This document shows positions 8,825 through 15,655 of a stretch of DNA of 32,000 nt, piece by piece (within the stretch, counting starts at the first letter, position 1; every line of letters begins with the position of its first letter). Where the stretch lies: positions 1,560,001 to 1,592,000 of the forward strand of contig NZ_CP007536.1 in assembly GCF_000698785.1 (NCBI RefSeq), in the 5' to 3' direction. The DNA comes from Nitrososphaera viennensis EN76 (GTDB lineage: Archaea > Thermoproteota > Nitrososphaeria > Nitrososphaerales > Nitrososphaeraceae). The notes beneath the pieces are model-generated. The model was given only the letters and a program-made list of their open reading frames with translations, was not told the origin of the DNA and ran no database searches. The translations under genes were made by a program, and so were the position numbers.

Positions 8825-9492
8825 GCTGCAGCCTGTTCCATCTCCTGGACCATCGTCGCGACAAACTGCTTTACCTGCGCTATCCAGTCCAGCGCAAGGG
8901 CAAGCGTCCCGGTTTCGTGAAAGATCGTCACCACGTACGAGCTTTCCTTGAACTGGCTCACGCGGATGTCGCTCCACGATTCTTGCGACAGCTCGCTTCC
9001 TGTTTTTGTCACTATCTGCAGCGCGTCCATCGGGTTCTTGTGGGCGACGTACCTGCCGGCAAGCGACGGCACGTTTTCAATGCTTGACAGTTTTGAAAGG
9101 ACGCGCTGCCCGCTGCCGTCTACTATGGCATGCGAAACGACGCGCACTGCGTAAATGTCGTTTTCAATGTCGATGTGCAGGTGCTCCTGCAGCTGCGATG
9201 TGGCAAAGCGCAGGCACGCAAGCGTCTCTGCGTCCGGCTCCTTCAGAGTGTTTGGGTAGCTCATAACCTGCAGGATGCGGAACGGCAGCACGTTTGACTG
9301 CACCGGCGCAATCCGGAACCCCTCGCGGTAGAAGGACATCGTCCCCTGCATCGGGTGCGTGCCGTAGTCGTCCGCGACTGGCCTGGCTTCAAAGCCCTGC
9401 ACGCCTGAAAACATTGTCCCCAAGAGCTCGCTGTCAAGTGCCGGCCTGCGGAAATACAGTTGCACATTGAACTGGGTGATGTGGATGTGCAT
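8821..9492 (-). CDS. hypothetical protein (223 aa), no motif recognised
   Basis: ORF translationally coupled to the GNAT gene and 23 nt downstream of the deaminase gene. Confidence 0.55.
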   Translation of the reverse strand: MHIHITQFNVQLYFRRPALDSELLGTMFSGVQGFEARPVADDYGTHPMQGTMSFYREGFRIAPVQSNVLPFRILQVMSYPNTLKEPDAETLACLRFATSQLQEHLHIDIENDIYAVRVVSHAIVDGSGQRVLSKLSSIENVPSLAGRYVAHKNPMDALQIVTKTGSELSQESWSDIRVSQFKESSYVVTIFHETGTLALALDWIAQVKQFVATMVQEMEQAAA

Positions 9493-9515
9493 CGCAATCT
9501 GTTGCCGCTACTCTG

Positions 9516-10052
9516 CTATTTACTGCTACTGACTGCCTTGGCCGACGACTCTGGATCCTGCGGGATGATGGTGAGCCACGGGCCCATTTTTTCAGGGTCC
9601 AGCTTGACAAGCTCTACCCCTGCGTCGCGCAGGAGCTGCGTCCCGTCCTCTGGATAATCTGCGATTACCACTATCCTCTTGATGCCGACGCTTATCGCCA
9701 TCTTGCTGCATTCAATGCAGGGTGCAAAAGTGGAATACAGGGTTGCGCCCCGGGTGCTGCCGGCGTTTCCAAACATGGCGCACTGCATTATCGCGTTTGC
9801 CTCTGCGTGCGTGCACAGGCACCGGTCGAGGCTCTCGCCGGACTTGACCTCGCCCCTGATCCTGGCAAGGCACCTCGGGCACCCGCCCTCAAAGCAGTTC
9901 TTTATCCCCGGCGGGGTGCCGTTGTAGCCGGTCGCTATCTGCCTGTTCTCCTTGACAATGACTGCGCCGATGTGGCGCGTCAGGCAGTTTGAGCGGAGCT
10001 TGGCTATCTCGGCCTGCAGCATGAAATAGGTGTCCCAGTCGGGCCTTTGCAT
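9516..10052 (-). CDS. deoxycytidylate (dCMP) deaminase, ComEB type
   Basis: From MQRPDWDTYFM: zinc motifs HAEANAI and PCIECSKM, and the GYNGxPxG block. About 25 aa of C-terminal tail. The ORF-track N-terminal extension is rejected. Confidence 0.8.
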   Translation of the reverse strand: MQRPDWDTYFMLQAEIAKLRSNCLTRHIGAVIVKENRQIATGYNGTPPGIKNCFEGGCPRCLARIRGEVKSGESLDRCLCTHAEANAIMQCAMFGNAGSTRGATLYSTFAPCIECSKMAISVGIKRIVVIADYPEDGTQLLRDAGVELVKLDPEKMGPWLTIIPQDPESSAKAVSSSK

Positions 10053-10093
10053 CAGGCTGCTAGTTGGCAGGATTACTATAAAAGCTGTTGCGG

Positions 10094-10516
10094 TTACTTG
10101 CGCTTCTTCTTGCCAGCCGTTCTTTTGGGCAGCCTTGATATTATCGCGTCGCATTCCTGCGCAAGGTCCATCGCCCTTGCCATGTCGCCCTTTTTTGCGC
10201 CCCGCAGCTCAAGCGTGCTGTCAAGGGCCCTGTGCGAGTTCACGTTGCGCAGCCTGTTGAACTCGTTGAGAACGGCATAGTCCTCGTCTGAAAGGTGGCG
10301 GCCAGAATGCAGGGCATCGATGATGTGCTTGAACTTGCGGTGCACTGGCGGCGCGTCTCCATGCCTGTAAAAGTTGTTGAGCCTCTGCTCAAGGTATTCG
10401 TGCGCCAAAAGTATCGCTTCAAGCTGCAGGCCCTGGCCAAAGACCTGCCTGCAGTGGGCTAAAACGTCGTCTATCAGAATCCTGTGCCCTTCGTCGGCGT
10501 CCTGGTACGGCGGCAT
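10094..10516 (-). CDS. small all-helical protein with a HEPN-like Rx4H motif
   Basis: 140 aa. EFNRLRNVNSHR (R90-x4-H95, nt 10232-10249) matches the HEPN RNase signature phi-R-N-x-x-x-H. Basic C-terminal tail KRTAGKKKRK. Confidence 0.45.
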   Translation of the reverse strand: MPPYQDADEGHRILIDDVLAHCRQVFGQGLQLEAILLAHEYLEQRLNNFYRHGDAPPVHRKFKHIIDALHSGRHLSDEDYAVLNEFNRLRNVNSHRALDSTLELRGAKKGDMARAMDLAQECDAIISRLPKRTAGKKKRK

Positions 10517-10557
10517 GTGTACGGAGCAGCTGCCTGCCCGTTGCCTTATAACGCTAC

Positions 10558-10674
10558 CTACCTAGAGGATTGCCTCTTCAAGCACAGGCGCATCTCGTCG
10601 TCAAGCACCTTGGAGCCCACGAGCCACGCGATAAAGGCCACGCCGGCGATGCCGGCGATTTCATAGGGTTCCAT
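10558..10674 (-). CDS. possible 38-aa single-pass membrane peptide
   Basis: ATG preceded by a purine-rich GGAAGAGTAGGGGAAAGAA. Hydrophobic stretch IAGIAGVAFIAWLVG. Below the ORF-track size cutoff, found by hand translation. Confidence 0.25.
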   Translation of the reverse strand: MEPYEIAGIAGVAFIAWLVGSKVLDDEMRLCLKRQSSR

Positions 10675-10700
10675 TTCTTTCCCCTACTCTTCCTTCTTTC

Positions 10701-10883
10701 TTACCTGACCCTTGCAGCCGCTTCTGCTGCCGCTTGCAGGGCAGGCGCGTCGCGCTTTGCGATCCTCCAGGCAGCTTCCATCGCCGCGAATGTCGCAACA
10801 AACCCCATTGCCACGTATCCGATTGCTTCGATCATTTCGATCACGACGTTGTATCGGAAAGAATAGAGATTAACGATGCTCAT
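10701..10883 (-). CDS. possible 60-aa single-pass membrane protein
   Basis: The ORF contains the hydrophobic segment MIEAIGYVAMGFVATFAAMEAAW. It is the first ORF of the minus-strand gene string. Confidence 0.3.
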   Translation of the reverse strand: MSIVNLYSFRYNVVIEMIEAIGYVAMGFVATFAAMEAAWRIAKRDAPALQAAAEAAARVR

Positions 10884-11191
10884 AGTGCGGGCATACGGTT
10901 TAGCGGGGCTTTGTAAGAATCAAAAGCGCGTTGAATAATCAGCTTGCACAAATCGTATCAGCGGCGCTTTTGAGTAGTAGTTACCGCTTATGATAGCGCA
11001 AAAGGGCTTATTATCAATGGTAAAATTGTATCTCTAGCAAATACCGGTAACGACTCACATGAACATGGGAAGTGGTCAATTACGGCATTTCCACCAAGTC
11101 CCATTTCCCATGTTCTTTTTAATATAGTAATAATTGCGAACGGCTTTGCTGGCTGTCAAGCGGCAAGGTAGCTGTTACTGAATAAAGATGA

Positions 11192-11485
11192 TCAATTGTC
11201 CTTTTTCAATGGGTAATCCTTTTTCAACTTCATGTACAGGTCGTCGCCGCATATCCAAGGGAAATCTGGTATCCCCACAAACTTGATGCTTCTATCTATA
11301 ATAGTGGTAGGCACTGACGTGATGCCGTACTCTTTCATTTTTACCTTAATCTCTTTGGTCATTTTGTTTACGTCATAAACTACCTGAGTGCAGCCTTCGC
11401 ACTTGCCAACCTCGATATCGTCTGTTATGTGCTTGCATAGAGGACAACCAGCCTAGAATATCTCGATAGAGTGATGCCGCTTCAT
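11192..11485 (-). pseudogene. thioredoxin-fold (glutaredoxin-like, CPLC) protein gene interrupted by an in-frame TAG
   Basis: Hand translation gives MKRHHSIEIF*AGCPLCKHITDD..YGITSVPTTIIDRSIKFVGIP... The order beta1-CxxC-...-(cis-Pro) VPT is the thioredoxin-fold signature. The TAG at 11453-11455 sits 2 codons before the CxxC. The gene is about 40-47% GC versus about 60% in flanking genes. Confidence 0.6.
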
Positions 11486-11810
11486 ACATTATTACTTGGC
11501 GGTTCAGCGATTTGAACCCTCGTCATTTCATGACGCGTGACATCAGACATGCCACCACCATCTTTCCAAAGGGCGAAGAAGATAACCCAAGCAGACAGAA
11601 GGCAGCTATGGTGTGCAGAATGCAAGAGATGAATGAATAGGGACGTGCCTGCAGCCATGAACCTTTCCATCAGGTGGCGGTCAAGATTCGACCGTTCACA
11701 AGGCGCAATATGTGAAGCAATGAGGTGGAACGTGGTGAAGGAACCGCTAATCCCCAGAGTCGATGCTGCAAAGTTGACCTTCCGGCGCAAGCTAGAGGTT
11801 GATAGAATCC

Positions 11811-11849
11811 GAACGGCTCAGAGCTAGAAAGCCATCATCATTACCGTTC
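11811..11849 (-). ncRNA. box C/D-type kink-turn (k-turn/k-loop) hairpin, a candidate L7Ae-binding RNA element
   Basis: Minus strand: 5'-GAACGG-U-AAU-GAUGA-UGGCUUUCUAGCU-CUGA-G-CCGUUC-3'. It has a C box AUGAUGA and a D box CUGA, a 6-bp Watson-Crick terminal stem plus U.G, and a 3-nt bulge. Tandem G.A/A.G, U.U and G-C pairs all fall in the canonical positions. Confidence 0.5.
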
Positions 11850-11929
11850 AGCAGTAACAGTGTCTGTATTTTCTGCAAGCTCACTGATAAACGTTAAGAA
11901 CCATGCGCGGCAAGGATGAATGGTTGTAA

Positions 11930-13654
11930 TTGAAAAACGGACAGGTCGCCAAGGCGCTGCGCGACATTGGCTTTCTGACGGAGGTAGAAGACGCCGAGAA
12001 CGCCCAGTTCAAGTCGCGTGCATACTACAGGGCGGCAGACAGCATCGAGGCGCTTGAGCAAGACGTTGCCGGCGTCTATGAAAAAGGTGGAATCAATGCG
12101 CTGCTGGAGCTGCCGGGCATCGGAAAGGCAATCGCCGCAAAGATTGAAGAGTACCTAAAGACCGGCAGGATAAGGCACCTTGACGAGCTGAAAGAAAAGA
12201 TCCCGATAGACATCGGCCAGCTGGGCGCCATAGAGGGCGTCGGGCCAAAGACGCTCAAGGCGATATACGAGAAACTGAAGGTGACAGACATGGCGGGCCT
12301 TGAAAAAGCCGCGCTTGAAGGCCGGCTGAAAACCGTGCCGGGCATCACGGCAAGAAAAGAGCAGGACATCCTGAAGAAAATCGAGTTTACAAAAAAGAAC
12401 GGCGGAAGGAGCATCATAGGAGAGGTGTGGCCCCTTGCCAAGAAAATAGAGGCGCGCCTGAAAGGGCTGGAAGGGGTCAGGCACGCGGCGCTTGCAGGCT
12501 CGGCGCGCAGGATGAAAGAAACGATAGGCGACCTTGACTACATCGTGTGCGCATCCGAGCCGGAAAACGTCATGGACTTTTTTGTAAAAATGCCCGAAGT
12601 CGAGGAGGTGAAGAGCAGGGGGCCGGCCAAGGCGTTTGTGAGGCTTGCTGGCGGGATTGACTGCGACCTCCTGGCGGTGCCGGAGGAAAGCTGGGGCTCG
12701 GCTCTTTTGTATTTCACAGGAAACAAGGAGCACAACGTGGAGCTTCGCAGGATAGCTATTGCGCGTGGCCTGCGCCTCAACGAGTGGGGCGCCTTTGAAA
12801 ACAACGACAGGAGGGTCGCCGGCGCAAGCGAGGAGGAAGTCTACAAGGCCCTTGGGCTTGCGTGGATAGCGCCGGAGATGCGGGAAAACGCCGGCGAGAT
12901 AGACCTTGCCGCAAAAGGCAGGCTGCCAAGCCTGGTAGAGTACGGCAGCTTGAGGGGAGACCTGCAGGTGCACAGCGACAACAGCGACGGCACCGCGACC
13001 ATGGAGGAGATGGCCCTTGCCGCAAAAGAGTTTGGCCTTGACTATATCGCCATCACCGACCACACGAAGAGCCTTGCGATGGCCGGCGGGCTGGACGAGC
13101 AGGAGCTTTTGGACCAGGCGCAGAAAATAGCAGAGCTCAACGACAGGCTCGATGGCATCAGGGTGCTTTCCTCGGCAGAGGTCAACATCGGCAAGGACGG
13201 GTCGCTTGACATCGCAAACAACGTGCTCGACAAGCTGGACATCGTGGGAGCCGCGATACATTCCCACTTTGGCCTTTCGATGGAAGAGCAGACTGCGCGC
13301 CTTGTAAACGCTGCCAAGAACCCGAGCGTCGACATCATCTTCCACCCGACGGGCCGGCTCATCAACAGGCGCGAAGGCTATCCCGTGGATATCGCCCGGC
13401 TGACAGACGTCGCAAAGGACACCAACACCGCGCTGGAGATAGACGCCCACTACAACCGCCTTGACCTCAAGGACGAGTACGTCAGGATGGCCGTCAGAAA
13501 AGGCGTCAAGCTGACAATAGACTCTGACGCGCACCATCCTGTGCACTATGCGTTTTTGCAGTTTGGGATAGGGCAGGCCCGGAGGGGGTGGGCTACTGCC
13601 GCGGACGTCCTCAACACCATGCCGGCAGACAGGCTCCTAAAGGCGCTCAAGTAG
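11930..13654 (+). CDS. polX: family X DNA polymerase with a C-terminal PHP phosphoesterase domain
   Basis: 574 aa. N-terminal FKSRAYYRAADSIE and the GIGKAIAAKIEEYL helix-hairpin-helix. Catalytic GSARRMKETIGDLDYIV. PHP motifs DLQVHSDNSDG and ITDH. TTG start. It ends with TAG TAG TAA. Confidence 0.85.
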   Translation: MKNGQVAKALRDIGFLTEVEDAENAQFKSRAYYRAADSIEALEQDVAGVYEKGGINALLELPGIGKAIAAKIEEYLKTGRIRHLDELKEKIPIDIGQLGAIEGVGPKTLKAIYEKLKVTDMAGLEKAALEGRLKTVPGITARKEQDILKKIEFTKKNGGRSIIGEVWPLAKKIEARLKGLEGVRHAALAGSARRMKETIGDLDYIVCASEPENVMDFFVKMPEVEEVKSRGPAKAFVRLAGGIDCDLLAVPEESWGSALLYFTGNKEHNVELRRIAIARGLRLNEWGAFENNDRRVAGASEEEVYKALGLAWIAPEMRENAGEIDLAAKGRLPSLVEYGSLRGDLQVHSDNSDGTATMEEMALAAKEFGLDYIAITDHTKSLAMAGGLDEQELLDQAQKIAELNDRLDGIRVLSSAEVNIGKDGSLDIANNVLDKLDIVGAAIHSHFGLSMEEQTARLVNAAKNPSVDIIFHPTGRLINRREGYPVDIARLTDVAKDTNTALEIDAHYNRLDLKDEYVRMAVRKGVKLTIDSDAHHPVHYAFLQFGIGQARRGWATAADVLNTMPADRLLKALK

Positions 13655-13701
13655 TAGTAAGTAAACGATATATCCGGAGTTTAGGTAGGTAGAGGCTGTA
13701 T

Positions 13702-14259
13702 ATGCGCTCGGCTCTGGAGAAAGACGACAGGCGGACGAGAAAGATATTTCTGGGCGTCTTTTACGTCTGCGCCACGGCCATGGCGGTAATAACGTTCTAT
13801 GCCATGTACGTCAGCCTTGACGAGTACCAGAGGACGGGCAGGGTCGTAATAGGCGAGGTGCTTGTCGACACAGAATGGCCGTTTCCGGGAGTCGCCAAGC
13901 TGGTTACGTACCTGATGATAGTGTCCGTGGTCGCGTGGTACTGCGTGGTGAGGCTTGGAGGCGACAAGGTGAGCAACATACCAAAGTGGCTCAAGTCGAT
14001 ACTGCAGCTGGTTGTGCTCATGATCGCAGTCGTCGCGCTGTACGAGTTTGTGTACAACTTTATCGTGTGGAACTCGTTCATCACCGCCGACGTGATAAAG
14101 GGCGTGCTGGACTTTGACAACAAGAGCGTCGAGTACCCCAACCCAGAGACGCCCTGGAACCTGGTGTTTGCGACCAAGATGTCGCTTGCGGCGTTTCTCA
14201 TAGCGGCTCACGGCTTTTACACCATGTCCAAGCCGGACAGGCGCGACCACCTACAGTAG
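13702..14259 (+). CDS. hypothetical integral membrane protein (about 4 TM segments)
   Basis: 185 aa with four long hydrophobic stretches. The antisense ORFs are compositionally implausible. Confidence 0.55.
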   Translation: MRSALEKDDRRTRKIFLGVFYVCATAMAVITFYAMYVSLDEYQRTGRVVIGEVLVDTEWPFPGVAKLVTYLMIVSVVAWYCVVRLGGDKVSNIPKWLKSILQLVVLMIAVVALYEFVYNFIVWNSFITADVIKGVLDFDNKSVEYPNPETPWNLVFATKMSLAAFLIAAHGFYTMSKPDRRDHLQ

Positions 14260-15408
14260 CCACTCTTTTATCCTGCTTCTCTCAAAGTCGTGCTTTTTCT
14301 CGTAGCTTTCCGCAGATGGAGGCTCCAGCCTCACCGCCGGCCCGCCTTCGTGGTAAAAGTCGGCCTCTACAAAGCCTGCCATGCTGTTGCCCACTTCCAC
14401 GAAGCAGAATCCCTGGCCGTTGTACGCCGCTGTTGATGCTGGCCTGCCGCTTATTTCGTCGATAATCTCCTGCGCCACTACCTTGGCCTGCCCCTCGGCA
14501 AAGATGCCGGCCTTGGGCACCGTGACCGTCCCGGATTTTACCTCGGCCACGTCTCCTATCGCAAACACGCCGGGGTGGCCGGTGCGCAGGGTGAGCCTGT
14601 CTACAGGCACCCACTCGCCTGTTGCAGATGTCGCAAGGCCCGAGGTCTTTATCACGTCTGGCGACCGGTGGGGCGGGATGCCGGCAAGGACGTCGTACGC
14701 TGCCTTTTCGCCGCTTTCAAACTCGACCTCGCCGTCTCTGACGATTTTCGGCTTGCAGTCAGGGTGGAAGCGGATGCCGTAGCGGGCTATCATGTCCACG
14801 ATTTCCCTGCTGACCTGCGGGCCTACCACCGGGAGCGCTATTGGCGCCGGCACGTACATGTCCACCTGCACGTTTTTCCGGGTGCCGTTCTTTTCCAGGA
14901 TGTCGCTTATTATCATGGCCGCCTCGTACGGCGCCGGCGGGCACTTGTAGGGCATGCCCATCACCGATATTGCCACCCTGCCCTGTCTTAGCGCAAGCAG
15001 CTTTTCGCGCAGCGGCTGCACCTGCTCTGCGTCGTAGAGGTTGTAGCCCCGGCCGGCAAACCCCTCTATTTTTTCAGGTGCAAGCTCGCTTCCGAGCGCG
15101 ACTACCAGGTAGTCATAGTCGATCCAGCCGTGCCCCCTTGCCTGCACCTTCTTTGCGGCGATGTCGATTTTGATCGCCTCGTCGTTGAGGTACTCTATTC
15201 CCCGCGCGTTCAGGCCGGCAAGCGGCGTCTGCGGCTCGTCTGGCCTCCTGCTCCCGGCAAGTATCCACAGGTTGACAAGGCCCATCATGAACGACTTTTT
15301 CCTGTCAACTACAATCACGCGGTGATCCTGGGAAAGGCCCTTTCGCAGCGCGTTTGCGCACGCAAGGCCGCCAAAGCCGGCGCCAAGGATTACTATTCGC
15401 TTGCCCAT
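14251..15408 (-). CDS. FAD-dependent pyridine nucleotide-disulfide oxidoreductase, sulfide:quinone oxidoreductase-like
   Basis: From MGKRIVILGAGFGGLACA (Rossmann GxGxxG), with YKCPPAPYE and a second dinucleotide motif FAIGDVA. Start moved to the ATG at 15408. Confidence 0.65.
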   Translation of the reverse strand: MGKRIVILGAGFGGLACANALRKGLSQDHRVIVVDRKKSFMMGLVNLWILAGSRRPDEPQTPLAGLNARGIEYLNDEAIKIDIAAKKVQARGHGWIDYDYLVVALGSELAPEKIEGFAGRGYNLYDAEQVQPLREKLLALRQGRVAISVMGMPYKCPPAPYEAAMIISDILEKNGTRKNVQVDMYVPAPIALPVVGPQVSREIVDMIARYGIRFHPDCKPKIVRDGEVEFESGEKAAYDVLAGIPPHRSPDVIKTSGLATSATGEWVPVDRLTLRTGHPGVFAIGDVAEVKSGTVTVPKAGIFAEGQAKVVAQEIIDEISGRPASTAAYNGQGFCFVEVGNSMAGFVEADFYHEGGPAVRLEPPSAESYEKKHDFERSRIKEWLL

Positions 15409-15484
15409 GTGTATGTAACAGCAAACAGGGGGCGAATGTCGGTAAAAACCTTTTAGCATAGCCCGCGCATTAGAATAGCGCGCA

Positions 15485-15643
15485 ATGAAAGAAACGGCCG
15501 CCGAAAGGATGCAGGGAGAAGATGCCGCCGGCCACTTTACGTACGACGACGCGGCCCTGGAAAGGATGCAGCGCCGCTTTTCCAGCTACGACGACCTGCT
15601 AAGGTACGTCAAGCGCTACGGCATGCACAGGCATTTCGAGTAG
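15485..15643 (+). CDS. possible 52-aa protein with an internal duplicated motif
   Basis: Hand translation gives MKETAAERMQGEDAAGHFTYDDAALERMQRRFSSYDDLLRYVKRYGMHRHFE. The unit AA-ERMQ-x-(F/S)xYDD occurs twice. Below the ORF-track cutoff. Confidence 0.3.
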   Translation: MKETAAERMQGEDAAGHFTYDDAALERMQRRFSSYDDLLRYVKRYGMHRHFE

Positions 15644-15655
15644 CATCAGCAAAAA

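Noticed and set aside
11497-11580. tRNA-like pieces on the minus strand: GGGTTCAAATC (T-loop-like), a CGTC-ATGAAAT-GACG stem-loop that could be read as a GAA anticodon arm, and ...ACCGCCA.
   Set aside because: No cloverleaf can be built. The T-stem does not pair (GAGGG vs CGCTG), and the spacing between the anticodon-like arm and the T-loop is too short. There is also no D-arm or acceptor stem. At most this is tRNA debris.
11482-11827. Track ORFs 11482..11790 (-) and 11633..11827 (+) as protein-coding genes.
   Set aside because: They overlap each other, have no recognisable motifs, show atypical composition and lie in the low-GC islet. The plus-strand reading is itself broken at ATGAATGAAT. 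Left unannotated.
11486-11850. The possibility that the unassigned islet segment is RNase P RNA or SRP RNA, prompted by ACAGAAGGCAGCUAUGG on the plus strand and GAUGGAAAGGUUC on the minus strand.
   Set aside because: The motifs lie on opposite strands. The universally conserved GAGGAAAGUCC (CR-I) and the SRP helix-8 GNAR/AGCA features are absent. This cannot be supported without a covariance-model scan.
11171-11861. A 9-bp inverted repeat, CTGTTACTG (11172-11180) / CAGTAACAG (11852-11860), flanking the thioredoxin-like gene and odd region as possible terminal inverted repeats of a small element.
   Set aside because: A 9-bp match between two sites roughly 700 bp apart is expected by chance about once or twice in a region this size. 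There are no flanking direct repeats.
12155-13546. A 463-aa ORF antisense to polX. Similar long antisense ORFs occur at 20182..21387 (glnA), 17657..18457, 25962..27011, 5098..5793, 5703..6488, 3054..3716 and 3788..4552.
   Set aside because: Their sense-strand partners carry unambiguous family motifs. The antisense translations are Arg/His/Val/Pro/Ser-rich with no motifs, which is the usual shadow-ORF artefact of GC-rich coding DNA.
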